Shown in pieces: positions 1-10,343 of a stretch of 64,000 nt of DNA. The stretch lies in the NCBI GenBank assembly GCA_963713855.1, contig OY970209.1, forward strand, positions 928,001 through 992,000, read 5' to 3'. Made by a program: the position numbers and the translations under genes. The notes under the pieces were generated by a model that saw nothing but the letters and a program-made list of their open reading frames with translations, ran no database searches and had not been told where the DNA came from. This DNA is from an uncultured bacterium (GTDB lineage: Bacteria > Babelota > Babeliae > Babelales > Babelaceae). Each line of letters opens with the position of its first letter. Position 1 is the stretch's first letter.

Positions 1-4
1 ATTA

Positions 5-2506
5 TTGGGCTTCTTGGGATGGTCAGGACTGAATGCAAGTACGTACTATTTTCAGTATGAAGCTTATTGCATGTATACGGCATGGCTAGGAATATTGGTC
101 CAGTACTTTTTTATAGTGCTCTTTTTTAAAAATCTCCTTGAAAGGCCTCAACTTGAAAGCGCGGTATCAACTATCCAGCGCATATTTATAGCTTTTTCGT
201 TTGCTGCTTTTATTTCTGATCTGTTTAATAGTAACATGCGATTTTCGGTGTTTTTTTGTGCTCAAGCCTATGGGTTATTTGTCCTATTAGCTATGTTATA
301 CGATATGCAGGACACGTTGCATACTGCCGCTTTACCCCGCATTTTAATAAAACAGGGCACTTTATTCATAAAGTCGGTATTTAAACCGTATTTTATCTGT
401 GCCGTTAACGTATTATTGATAATCCTAGTCAAAGACTGGCAAGAAAGCATATATGTCTTGCAGGGACTAGTGCTTATCAGCGTGCCGGTATTGCTTATAG
501 GTATTTTTTGGTTTTGTCATACTTTACTCAAACTGCGCTTTCTTAATAGAAGTGCAGACATTCGCCTTGCGAGCAATGCTTCTTATATAGACCTCTTTTC
601 CCACGGTGTACAAGAGTTATTGAAAGCTAAAAGTATACCTCAACTTAAAAATAGTCTTATCGCACTTTTTAAAAAAGCTTTTGATATACCAAGTGAGCGC
701 ATAGTAATTCACCTTTTTGCTTCGGAAAAAGAAGAAGAAATGAGCTATGAATACCAATTTGGCAAGGATGCTCTTGCTCCTTTTGTTTTAGAGTCACTAC
801 GTGCTAATGATGTTATTCACTCAAAAGCGCCAAATAGCCTGGCGTCGCTTTTGGCCGACGTAAAGGTGCTCATAAGAGAAGACCTTGAATTTACTTCTTT
901 TTATGAGCCGGACGGGCTGGAATGTGCGATCCACTTTTTAGATATGCTCGAAGCAGATATATTTATGCCACTCTATAGCCGTACTACTCTTTTTGGCTAT
1001 ATCCGTTTTGTTCGTGAGGCGCGGCCTGATAGAGTTTTTACCGGTACGGAAAAGCGCCTTATTATAGCCTGGGGTGCTTATTTAGATCACATTGTGCACC
1101 TCATACGATATGTAACTTTTGAAAAAGTAGTTTCACGTCAAAAAGAACTTATTGAGTATGCCTATGAACAATATCAACAGCTTGAGCACTATAGTGAAAG
1201 CTTCGAGCATCTTGATAAAGATAGTAGAGGTATGCGTGGGATGCTTATGTACAAAAATCGCCGCTTAATCGGCGATGAAAAAGCGACCGCTCTTTTAGGC
1301 GATGAAGTATTTAAAAACCCTATTCATCCAATTGCCAAACTGTTAAGGCAATGCGGTCAATCTGTTGAGCGGCTGAAAATGAGTCAACAAATAGCGCTAG
1401 CTGATGCACAGGGTAAAAAATTAATTGCTTATGGAGCGTATAGTGAGCACTTTGATGGAGTACTTTTTTTTGTTGGGTTTCCGGACGGACTAGAGTTTTT
1501 AAGCCAGACTTTTAAGCACACTCATCCCCTCGATCGGCCTTATGGTCTATACCTGCAAACAACAAAAGATGGCAGCTTACTAAATGATCTTCTACCACCT
1601 CAAAGTAAAACATTCTCTCTCTTTAAGGTTTCTTTTTTAAAATCTGCACTAAGCAAAAAAGTCATATTGCTCGATGTTCCGGCAAAGGATCTTCTTCCTT
1701 CTGTCGAAGTGATTCATACTATTAGTATGCGTTCTCAGTTGCATGTTTTACGCATGAAAGAGCACGAAAAGGAACAGGAAGTCGCTTCAACGTTGTTTGG
1801 CTTTCAGAACAAGCTCCAAGATGTCCCGCTGCTACAAAAGCTTAATGATGTAGGGACTCTTTTTATAGAAAATGTTCATCTTCTAGAGCTCAAAACACAA
1901 GAGCGCTTAGCAGAATTTATAAGCTGTGGTTTTTTCCGCCCTTTAAAAAGCGACGTAAAGATTGAAAGCAATGTACGCCTTATTGTTTCAAGCCCACATC
2001 ATTTACAGCTTTTAGCGCAAGAGGGACGATTTTCGCTGCCTCTTGCAAAAATGCTCAACGCTCATCGCTTATATTTTCCATGCGTGGCGCATGTGCCTAC
2101 TGATGAGCTTCATGAAGCTATTAAAGACTACGGTTATCAAATGCTTTATGAAAAGAACATCACGCAACCATTAAATGCGGATGCGGATGTCTGTGATTCT
2201 ATACTTGGGCTGTATCCAGTTAGTCTACAAGAATTAAAGAGTGCAATATACGATGCACTCTTTGTTAAAAAGCTTCCAAAATTAACGGTATCAGAAGACA
2301 AAGCAACGTATGAAGAAGTTGAGCGTGCGCTACGCCTTGGCAAAAACGCACTCAAAGATATGCGTGTTATGGCTATCTTATGGAAACGATTTGGTAGTTA
2401 TGCACACATTGCAACTTTGCTGGGTGTTCATCGGTCGTCCGTGCTCAAACGCTGCAGAGAGTATGGCCTTGTAAGTCAGGGTACTAGAAACCCAGATGCA
2501 CATTAA
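5..2506 (+). CDS. Membrane-anchored, degenerate sigma-54-activator-like (bEBP-like) transcriptional regulator with C-terminal HTH; probably 5'-truncated by window edge
   Basis: Several N-terminal TM segments, GAF-like middle, bEBP-like motifs (STLFG, GTLFIENVHLL, TQERLAEFI, NVRLIVSS, GRFSLPL), Fis-like HTH (IATLLGVHRSSVLKRC). Confidence 0.7.
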   Translation: MGFLGWSGLNASTYYFQYEAYCMYTAWLGILVQYFFIVLFFKNLLERPQLESAVSTIQRIFIAFSFAAFISDLFNSNMRFSVFFCAQAYGLFVLLAMLYDMQDTLHTAALPRILIKQGTLFIKSVFKPYFICAVNVLLIILVKDWQESIYVLQGLVLISVPVLLIGIFWFCHTLLKLRFLNRSADIRLASNASYIDLFSHGVQELLKAKSIPQLKNSLIALFKKAFDIPSERIVIHLFASEKEEEMSYEYQFGKDALAPFVLESLRANDVIHSKAPNSLASLLADVKVLIREDLEFTSFYEPDGLECAIHFLDMLEADIFMPLYSRTTLFGYIRFVREARPDRVFTGTEKRLIIAWGAYLDHIVHLIRYVTFEKVVSRQKELIEYAYEQYQQLEHYSESFEHLDKDSRGMRGMLMYKNRRLIGDEKATALLGDEVFKNPIHPIAKLLRQCGQSVERLKMSQQIALADAQGKKLIAYGAYSEHFDGVLFFVGFPDGLEFLSQTFKHTHPLDRPYGLYLQTTKDGSLLNDLLPPQSKTFSLFKVSFLKSALSKKVILLDVPAKDLLPSVEVIHTISMRSQLHVLRMKEHEKEQEVASTLFGFQNKLQDVPLLQKLNDVGTLFIENVHLLELKTQERLAEFISCGFFRPLKSDVKIESNVRLIVSSPHHLQLLAQEGRFSLPLAKMLNAHRLYFPCVAHVPTDELHEAIKDYGYQMLYEKNITQPLNADADVCDSILGLYPVSLQELKSAIYDALFVKKLPKLTVSEDKATYEEVERALRLGKNALKDMRVMAILWKRFGSYAHIATLLGVHRSSVLKRCREYGLVSQGTRNPDAH

Positions 2507-2530
2507 TGACGCCCTTATGAACTAAAACGG

Positions 2531-3571
2531 CTATAACTCTTCCCGCTGGCGTGACTTTTCATGATTTACTACGGTCGCAAGTAGGCTAACCATTTTCGCT
2601 TCCTGTTCTTTTTGCATTCGTTCAGCCCCAAGTAGCTTTACTGCAACAAATGCCATCTCAAACTCCACTACTGTTTTAATAAAAACCAGTAAGGCAAGGC
2701 CATGTCGTTGAGACATCAATCTGTCACGCAGTTCACTGGTTGTTTTACTCAATTCTTCATAGAGAGACATGAGGCTCTCACTCATTTCGGTTAGTTGAGA
2801 AAATTGTGTCCTTACCTCCTCAGGTAAAGTGGTTGTTTTACCTAATTTATGAAGAGATACAAGGCTTCGACTTATTTCGCTTATAGGGGAAACTTGTGTC
2901 TTTACCACAGGTAAAGTGGTGATATTGTACAAAAGAAAATCGGTCAAACGAGCGAACGCGCCATGTTTTTCGTTTTGATTTTCTGTGTATTCATTAAGCG
3001 ATTTGGTAAGGTTTTCGAGCTTAGTTTGCAGCTTTAAAACTTCTTCAGCGAGTGCAGGTAGTTTTTTGTAATTGTTTTCAGGCAAATGTGTGTCAAAACC
3101 GTCTAGCCATGTTTCAACGTCAGCCGTAAACTGAGCGGTTTCGCTTTCGACCGCTTTTTTAAAGACCTCATTGCAGTCAAATTCGTCGACGTCGTACTCC
3201 ATTTTAAATGAATCCTTGAAAAGCCCTAGCCACTCGAGAGCTTCTTGACAATTGAGCGTCTTTTCAATCGAATCTCGAGCGCGATCCCTGAGTTCACTGA
3301 CCTCGTCGATGAGGGAGTTACCCTTCGCATCCGCAGGATTATCAGTAGATTTATCCATTGACGCAACAACCTGCTTTATTAGATATTGAGCGTAACTCGC
3401 CATAGCGTCTTTGAATTCTTCGGAAAGCTGTTCACGCCTTTCCGGCGTGCATTGCTGTACTTGTTTGAGCAGGTTGTAACAGTGTCTTGCCGATCCGCAC
3501 TCAGGCTTTTGATCTTGAGCTTTTATACCGCTTATCACAAGCAGTAAAAGCAGAAAGCATTGTTTTTTCAT
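2531..3571 (-). CDS. Hypothetical secreted helical protein
   Basis: 346-aa ORF with signal peptide (MKKQCFLLLLLVISGIKA) and GGGGA RBS. Confidence 0.7.
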   Translation of the reverse strand: MKKQCFLLLLLVISGIKAQDQKPECGSARHCYNLLKQVQQCTPERREQLSEEFKDAMASYAQYLIKQVVASMDKSTDNPADAKGNSLIDEVSELRDRARDSIEKTLNCQEALEWLGLFKDSFKMEYDVDEFDCNEVFKKAVESETAQFTADVETWLDGFDTHLPENNYKKLPALAEEVLKLQTKLENLTKSLNEYTENQNEKHGAFARLTDFLLYNITTLPVVKTQVSPISEISRSLVSLHKLGKTTTLPEEVRTQFSQLTEMSESLMSLYEELSKTTSELRDRLMSQRHGLALLVFIKTVVEFEMAFVAVKLLGAERMQKEQEAKMVSLLATVVNHEKSRQREEL

Positions 3572-3825
3572 TGATTCCCCGCATTAATAACCGTACTAAA
3601 ATATATAAGATGAAGTTTAAAAAGTCAAACTAATTAAAAATTGTCTATTGAGAATCGTAATTTTATGTTATTCATTACAACTATTGTGAATCTAGCAAGT
3701 TTCGAATGGCAACCATCTCATAGTTCAACTTTAAACACCTTGTTTATTAAACGCTTCCATTTACTTGCAAGGCTGTTCTAACTTGTAGGAGAATTTTAAA
3801 TTATTACGACATGGAAAGGAATCAT

Positions 3826-4869
3826 ATGAAGTTTATTAGTATACGATTCTTGTTAATGGGATCTGCCATTTTAAGCTTTAGTTATGCCCTTGCACAACCC
3901 ACGTTAGACCCTGCAATTCAATCTTTCGTTGATTTTTTAGATGCCAAAGACGGTAAGCCTCTGTATCAGCTAACGCCGGTAAGTGCGAGAAAAGTATTAG
4001 ACGACCTACAAAATATACCGATCGCAAAAGAGGCAGCAGATATTGAAGACCGCACTATTCCCGTAGGCCCGCGTGGGAGTACAAAGATTCGGATAGTAAG
4101 GCCTCGGGGGAGTAAAAATGATTTGCCCGTGGTTATCTATTTGCACGGGGGCGGCTGGGTACTTGGAAATGCCAACACTCACGATCGCTTAATCCGTGAA
4201 ATTGCTAAGGGAACGCAAGCTGCTGTGGTATTTGTTGAATACACGCCAGCGCCCGAGGGTACCTATCCAACAGCACATGAGGAGGGCTACTCGGCAGCAA
4301 AATGGGTGGCCGAAAATGGTGCAAAGCTTAAATTAGATACCTCTCGTATTGCTATCGCAGGCGACAGTGTTGGGGGACAATTAGCAACTGCCATTGCGAT
4401 GATGGCAAATGAGCGAGGAGGACCAAGATTTATCTTCCAGGCTTTACTCTATCCTGTCACCGACGCAGATTTTAATACCGGTTCTTACAGGGCTTTTGCA
4501 AAAGGACCCTGGTTAACAAAACGAGCAATGGAATGGTTCTGGGATAATTATGTTCCAATAAAGGGTATGCGTAACGATCCTCTTTTATCTCCTTTACGAG
4601 CTCCTTTAAAGAAGCTTAAGGAGCTGCCACCAGCATTAGTGATCGTTGATGAAAATGACGTGTTACGTGACGAAGGTGAGGCCTATGCTCGTAAGCTTAT
4701 GAAGGCAGGGGTACCAGTGGTGTCAGCTCGTTATAATGGTTTAATGCACGATTTTGCGATGCTTAATATGATAACCGAAGCTCCAGGTGTGCGTGCGGCG
4801 ATTAAGCAGGTGAATTGTTTGCTTAAACAAGCATTTGAAGCCGCAAAGGACTCTGATAAATCGAAATGA
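3826..4869 (+). CDS. Alpha/beta hydrolase, HSL-family esterase/lipase, with signal peptide
   Basis: HGGG oxyanion motif, GDSVGG nucleophile, D-x-L-R-D-E-G and HDF motifs. ATG 3826 follows an AAGGA RBS. Confidence 0.9.
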   Translation: MKFISIRFLLMGSAILSFSYALAQPTLDPAIQSFVDFLDAKDGKPLYQLTPVSARKVLDDLQNIPIAKEAADIEDRTIPVGPRGSTKIRIVRPRGSKNDLPVVIYLHGGGWVLGNANTHDRLIREIAKGTQAAVVFVEYTPAPEGTYPTAHEEGYSAAKWVAENGAKLKLDTSRIAIAGDSVGGQLATAIAMMANERGGPRFIFQALLYPVTDADFNTGSYRAFAKGPWLTKRAMEWFWDNYVPIKGMRNDPLLSPLRAPLKKLKELPPALVIVDENDVLRDEGEAYARKLMKAGVPVVSARYNGLMHDFAMLNMITEAPGVRAAIKQVNCLLKQAFEAAKDSDKSK

Positions 4870-4942
4870 CGCTTAATTGATCTTCGAATGTACCAATTAC
4901 TCAAGGATTGTCATCTTGAAACATGTTTGCCTGTTATTTAGC

Positions 4943-4980
4943 AAATAAATAAGTATACTTAAGAGTATACTTATTTATTT
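4943..4980. promoter_or_regulatory. Perfect 17-bp inverted repeat, likely autoregulatory operator of the downstream antitoxin-like gene
   Basis: AAATAAATAAGTATACT-taag-AGTATACTTATTTATTT, ending 9 nt before ATG 4990. Confidence 0.7.
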
Positions 4981-4989
4981 GGGAATCTG

Positions 4990-5224
4990 ATGGTTAAAAC
5001 AATTAGAGTTAGCACCATCACAGCTCAACGTTTAGATATACTTTCCAAAGTCCTTGGCCAGTCAAAACGATCTATTGTCGAAAAGGCTATCAATACCTTT
5101 ATTAGAGATCAATTTTATAAAAAAACCAATGAAGAATATGCTGCTTTGAAGAAAGATAAAAATAAATGGAAAGAGTTTGTACAAGAACAAAAGGAATGGG
5201 GATACGACCCTAGAGGATGGGTAA
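4990..5224 (+). CDS. Ribbon-helix-helix antitoxin-like protein (MazE/CopG-type); apparent +1 frameshift at G-run 5198-5201
   Basis: N-terminal RHH pattern (TIRVS...LDILSK...IVEKAI). Removing one G gives the C-terminus EWDTTLEDG*, typical of MazF-associated antitoxins. Confidence 0.65.
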
Positions 5225-5287
5225 ACTGTTACTTTTGATCGAGTGTAAGATACATAGCTATGTTAACAGATTATGATCGAGGGAAAT

Positions 5288-5815
5288 ATGTATAAAATAG
5301 CTTTCATGATGTTATTATTTTTTGTCGATAGTTATTGCTTGCCTTCCTATTATGATAAGTATCTTGACCGGCTTATGAAAGCCGAGAATGAAGATCTTCT
5401 TGCGGAAATGTCTGGAGAAATTGCTCCCGGAGTGAAAGAAGACAGACAAATCATGCGCCATATCAAGATCTTAAAAGATAGTATAAACGATTTTAAAAAA
5501 AGCATTGCTGTTGGCCTGTATGCCCTTCGAGTTTCAGGAGTTGCTAGCGTGAAATTAGGGCGCGAACAAGTAATCATGAATGATTTTATTGCTGATAGCC
5601 ATGATTTGCTTAAAGATTTTGCAGCTGCATCAAGCAAAATTGTAGAGGAAGTTTCATTGTTAGAAGCTAAAACGGTACTCGAGCGCAATGAATCATTTTA
5701 TATACTGGATATGGCGGAGCTGATGGTTGAAATAGAATCTGAGATAAGAAACTTAGCGGAAACTGTGCGCTCGATACTTAAACTTATCAATAAAGATCTG
5801 GGCAAAGAGTTATAG
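5288..5815 (+). CDS. Hypothetical secreted protein
   Basis: Signal peptide MYKIAFMMLLFFVDSYC, helical body, GAGGGA RBS. Confidence 0.6.
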   Translation: MYKIAFMMLLFFVDSYCLPSYYDKYLDRLMKAENEDLLAEMSGEIAPGVKEDRQIMRHIKILKDSINDFKKSIAVGLYALRVSGVASVKLGREQVIMNDFIADSHDLLKDFAAASSKIVEEVSLLEAKTVLERNESFYILDMAELMVEIESEIRNLAETVRSILKLINKDLGKEL

Positions 5816-5978
5816 TGAAAAATCCATTTTGATTCCTGCTCTATATATATTTTAAGATCATCAGACTCAGGTTTTAAGCTTACGCTCTCACGTCAATTAC
5901 AGTTGCTTGTATTCTTTTTTCTAAAACAGGGCTTTTGTGGTAGACTGGCACTATACCTTTTTCTAAATGGCGGCGTAG

Positions 5979-7658
5979 ATGACGAAAGCATGGATCAATT
6001 TAGCGCGTTCAAGGCGTTCAAGGACGTTTGATGAGATTATCGGACAGGATCTTGCTGTAAGGCTTGTCAAAAACAGTCTTTACAAGCAACAGCTTTTTCC
6101 AGTGTATCTTTTGGCCGGACAACGTGGTTGTGGTAAAACAACGCTTGGGCGTGTTTTTGCTGCTGCCATTAATTGTCAGCAAAGGGAAGATTTTACCCTA
6201 AAACCGCTTCAAACAATTATACCTTGCCTTAAGTGTTCTTCATGTACGGCGATGCAAGAAAATAATCATCCAGATTTTTTTGAAATTGATGCGGCATCGC
6301 ATACGGGCGTAGATCATATTCGAGCTTTAATGGAAGGCGCTTCATTTTTGCCCTGTCTGGGTGGTAAAAAAATCTATCTTATTGATGAGGCACATATGCT
6401 CAGTAAAGCGGCATTTAACGCTTTACTAAAAATGTTAGAAGAACCACCTCCTTCAGTTATTTTTATGTTGGCAACAACCGATCCACATAAAGTACTTGAT
6501 ACTGTTCGCTCTCGCTGTTTTCAGCTTTTTTTAGATCCTATAGAACCATCTCTCCTTAAAGAGCACTTGGCACATGTGTGTGCATCAGAAAATATCGAAT
6601 ACGAAGAGTCAGCGCTCAATGCTATTGCCTACGAGTCTGAAGGATCAGTAAGAGATGCGCTTAACTGCTTAGAGCGTGTACGTCTTGCTTATGAGGCTAT
6701 CACGTATACTGCTGTAAGTGAGCTTTTGGGGGATGCACCGTATGATATGCTTATTACTCTTTTTGGCCACGCATTTCTAGGCACTCCAAAGGAACTTCTT
6801 TCTTCTTTACATGAGCTTTATAAAAAACAATGTAGTCCCATGAGAACCTGGAAAAAAGGCATTGATATTATACGCGGGCTTGCAACTATTAGCTGCGGGC
6901 TTCTTGATGAGACTTTAAAGCCGTATGAGCATCAACTTAACGCACTAGCGCGCGCCCTTACCATTGATCACATAGTTGAGGCTTTGGAACTATGGTACCA
7001 GGCGGAGCCCCTTTTTCTAAAAAGTCAGGCACAGCATACACTTATAGAGATGGTCTTCTTGCAAATTCAGAAAAAAAGAACCGTATCTGCTAAATCGAAT
7101 GAGCCCTTAGATGCAGTAAAACCGACTCAAAGCACACCAGTGCCAAGTCTTTATAGAGAAAGTGTGCCTTTAAAGGTTGAAAATGCTTCTTGGTCTTCAT
7201 TTATAAAAAGCATCGAAGCCAAAGACGATCCACTTATAGGTTCTATTTTTAAACAAGCGCTTTTTAAAGAGTACGATCATCCGATAGTTACACTTTCGTT
7301 TAGCCAAGACCTTACTTTTTTTAAGGAGCTTTTAGAACAGGCGAGAAATGTCTGGAAACCGTTACTGGAAAGTAACTTTGCTCAGGACGTAGATGTAGTT
7401 CTTGAGTTTACAGAGCCTATTGAAGGTACTTTGCCAAAAAAACCTCCGACTGAAGTTTTGCAAAAAAGTGCTCCTGTCAGACAAACTCCTTCGCCACAGG
7501 CTTATGCACCAAAATCAGGATCTGTATCTTATACACGCCCTAAAGGCATGGTAGAACCATCTTTGGGAAAATCGATTGATATTAGAAATACAGCACAGTG
7601 GAGTAAAGCGCATATGATATTAAAAGTTTTTCCCGGTACAGTAAGAGAGGAAGCATGA
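5979..7658 (+). CDS. dnaX: DNA polymerase III subunit gamma/tau
   Basis: GQRGCGKTT Walker A, Zn-Cys cluster, EIDAAS, IDEAHML, SRC motif. Confidence 0.97.
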   Translation: MTKAWINLARSRRSRTFDEIIGQDLAVRLVKNSLYKQQLFPVYLLAGQRGCGKTTLGRVFAAAINCQQREDFTLKPLQTIIPCLKCSSCTAMQENNHPDFFEIDAASHTGVDHIRALMEGASFLPCLGGKKIYLIDEAHMLSKAAFNALLKMLEEPPPSVIFMLATTDPHKVLDTVRSRCFQLFLDPIEPSLLKEHLAHVCASENIEYEESALNAIAYESEGSVRDALNCLERVRLAYEAITYTAVSELLGDAPYDMLITLFGHAFLGTPKELLSSLHELYKKQCSPMRTWKKGIDIIRGLATISCGLLDETLKPYEHQLNALARALTIDHIVEALELWYQAEPLFLKSQAQHTLIEMVFLQIQKKRTVSAKSNEPLDAVKPTQSTPVPSLYRESVPLKVENASWSSFIKSIEAKDDPLIGSIFKQALFKEYDHPIVTLSFSQDLTFFKELLEQARNVWKPLLESNFAQDVDVVLEFTEPIEGTLPKKPPTEVLQKSAPVRQTPSPQAYAPKSGSVSYTRPKGMVEPSLGKSIDIRNTAQWSKAHMILKVFPGTVREEA

Positions 7659-8986
7659 GTAAAGAGCCTTCTGTTGTATTGGTCGGCCGGACGAATGTCG
7701 GCAAATCTACTCTCTTTAATAGGCTTTCAAGCTCCGTTAAAAGTTTAACGCTTGATCTACCTGGCGTAACGCGAGATTTAGTAAAAGATCATGTTGAATG
7801 GCAGGGGAAAAAGTTTGAGCTTGTTGATACTGGCGGTATTAGCTTGCGTAAAACAAATGATGAGCTAGTGGAAAAAGTGCGCCAGCAGGTTCTCAAGATC
7901 ATTGAGGACGCCCAGATCATTTTGTATGTGGTAGATGGCTCTGTGGGTATAACGCAGGAAGATCGTGAAATCGCTAATTTTCTACATTCGCTACCCGCAA
8001 AGATCTTTGTCGTCTTTAATAAAAGCGATTGCATTCAGACGCAAGACCACTTTTATGAGGCTACAGGCCTTGGCTTTAAGGACATTTTTTTGGTATCAGC
8101 GGCACATGCCCGGGGAATCGATGAGCTTTTACATGCCATAAGTGATCATTTACCTTCAAGACTTTTAAAAGAAGAAACAAAGTCAAAGTACCGAATTATG
8201 CTTCTCGGAAGGCCAAATGTCGGAAAATCCTCTCTCATGAACTGTCTTCTTAATTTTGAGCGCTCTATCGTTTCAAATCAGCCGGGTACAACGCGTGAGC
8301 CTATTACAGAGTCGATAGCTTTTTATAAGGAATCACTTGCTCTTACCGATACGCCGGGTATACGTCGTAAGCGCGCTATTGATACTCAGCTTGAAACAAT
8401 GATGATAAAAAGTGCTTTTCAATCGCTCAAAAGCACCGACATAGTTGCACTTATTATTGATGCGACGGAAAAAGGTCTTGTAGATCAGGACCTTAAGCTT
8501 GCTTACTATGCATTTCAAGAAGAATACAAAGCACTCGTGTTGATTGTTAATAAGTATGATCTAGTTACTGAAAGTGACCAAGAAAGCCTTAATGAGAGCT
8601 TTGAGGCGTATAAGCATCTTGTCAAAAAGGTTCCTCTGCTTCGCATCTCATGTAAGACGGGTAAAAATATAGGTAAGCTCTTACCCACTTTCGAGGAAGT
8701 CTGGCAAAGGTACTCTCGAGAGTTTTCTGAAGTTGAACTTACGACCTTATTTTTAGCAGCATTACGTGATCGGCCTTTAGTGCAGACAAAGCAATTTCTA
8801 AAAATACGTCGAGTGTATCAGGTTAAAAAAGCGCCGCCTACGATCGTTCTTGAGGTTTATAACACCACACTCTGGCGGCCCTCGCATCTCAACTTTTTTG
8901 AAAATCTTATGCGTAAGGAGTATGACCTTGAAGGTGTTCCGCTACGTTTTATAATTAGAGGAAAACAGCCAAAGCGTCAGGAATAA
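7655..8986 (+). CDS. der: Ribosome biogenesis GTPase Der
   Basis: Two G domains (GRTNVGKS/DTGG, GRPNVGKS/DTPG) and a KH-like C-terminus (GVPLRF). Confidence 0.97.
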   Translation: MSKEPSVVLVGRTNVGKSTLFNRLSSSVKSLTLDLPGVTRDLVKDHVEWQGKKFELVDTGGISLRKTNDELVEKVRQQVLKIIEDAQIILYVVDGSVGITQEDREIANFLHSLPAKIFVVFNKSDCIQTQDHFYEATGLGFKDIFLVSAAHARGIDELLHAISDHLPSRLLKEETKSKYRIMLLGRPNVGKSSLMNCLLNFERSIVSNQPGTTREPITESIAFYKESLALTDTPGIRRKRAIDTQLETMMIKSAFQSLKSTDIVALIIDATEKGLVDQDLKLAYYAFQEEYKALVLIVNKYDLVTESDQESLNESFEAYKHLVKKVPLLRISCKTGKNIGKLLPTFEEVWQRYSREFSEVELTTLFLAALRDRPLVQTKQFLKIRRVYQVKKAPPTIVLEVYNTTLWRPSHLNFFENLMRKEYDLEGVPLRFIIRGKQPKRQE

Positions 8987-9078
8987 CCTTCATCAACCTC
9001 GTGACACCTGAAGACACCCTGTGAAGCGCTGATCCTCTTAAGCCAGACGTGACATTCAAAACATGCTCACCAAGTTTC

Positions 9079-9630
9079 TTAATTAATGTATACGTTTGTA
9101 AGCCCTGTATATTGTTGGTAGGCCGGAGCACCAGCCGCAAAAGTTAGGTGGACCATAACTAATAAGTGATACTGAACTTCCTTCATTGGAATTAGCAATT
9201 TCTTCAGTGATGGTAATTTGATGTTGCCAATTAGTTCCGTCTCGTCCATAAAGCTCAGTTGCGCCGACCGTGAAAGCCCAGGTGGAATTAGGTGCTCCCG
9301 CTGCAAGAGCACTTCCATCGGCTGATAACGATATTGAGTTCCCGATCTGACATAGATGTGCGTTTGGCCTATCGATGTGCCATTAGCACCTGGCGCACCA
9401 ACAGCAAGTGTATTGCCATTAGCAGATAATGAAACAGAGCTTCCTTCGTTTGAGTTAGCTATTTGCATTGATAGGCTTGCTTTCGGATACCAAGTATTTG
9501 CATGCTTTGTATAAATCTTTGTTGCACCTTGAGAGTTAAAATTTGGAGCTCCAACTGCAAGTGTTCCACCATCTGCAGATAGTGCGACTGAGACGCCTTC
9601 GTACGAATTTATAGAGCCAGCCACTCTGTG
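9079..9630 (-). pseudogene. Remnant of FG-GAP/WD-like beta-propeller repeat protein
   Basis: Repeats EGxSVxLSAxGxTLAVGAP continue in a second frame (SISLSADGSALAAGAP...NEGSSVSL). No credible start; internal deletion and frameshifts. Confidence 0.7.
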
Positions 9631-10001
9631 CTTGCAGATACCATTACGCAAGTTTTTTTTCTTGTGGTTTAGCGGGTTGAAGTTGCAATGTATTTGACCG
9701 GCAAACAAGCACAAGATTCAGGCTTCATCTACATTTGGTAATAACGCATCTCAGTGCTTTGTCAATTGCCCAACTAGTGTCTCACGCATTAAAAAAATTA
9801 TTCTCGTCAAACTACCAATCTACGCATCTTTTAAACCAGTGCTTAAATTTGCTTGAGTTTGTCGGTATCTAGCTCATAGACAAGGGGAAATTTGCCATGA
9901 CTTAAGCCTCCAGTTACATGCTCGGTTGTTTACTTAGTGAGCGTTTTTGTGTAAAACTAAAGCACAGGTAATTTTACGCTTTTTTACGGGGGATTGCAGC
10001 T

Positions 10002-10343
10002 ATGAACGAGCCTAAAATACAAATTACTTTTAGACATATGGAGCCGTCTCCTGTTATTGAGAAAAATGCTTACAAGCACCTTGAAAAACTCAATAAATTT
10101 CTTGCCTCCGAGCGCACGCCAATTTTTATTGAGCTTGTGTTAGAGGCCCAGCGTGTACATCATCACCATCGCGTCGAGTTACGCGTTAAAACACCACACT
10201 ATGACATCAATGTCCATCGTGAAGGCCCTGAGCTATATCTCATCATGGATGAGGTTATTGATATTGCAGAGCAGGATCTGAGAAAAGCTAAAGAAAAGCG
10301 CCTTTCAACTAATCATAGTGGCCCATTTGTGCGACCGGGTTAA
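10002..10343 (+). CDS. hpf: Ribosome hibernation factor (HPF/RaiA family)
   Basis: IQITFRHMEPS...HLEKL...ELYLIMDEVID...QDLRKAKEK pattern. Confidence 0.85.
   Translation: MNEPKIQITFRHMEPSPVIEKNAYKHLEKLNKFLASERTPIFIELVLEAQRVHHHHRVELRVKTPHYDINVHREGPELYLIMDEVIDIAEQDLRKAKEKRLSTNHSGPFVRPG

Noticed and set aside
7068..7095. A7G run in dnaX just after domain III, resembling the E. coli A_AAA_AAG -1 frameshift site, with a nearby -1 frame stop
   Set aside because: Codon register is CAG AAA AAA AGA, not A AAA AAG. No evident stimulatory hairpin, and the run is short for transcriptional slippage.
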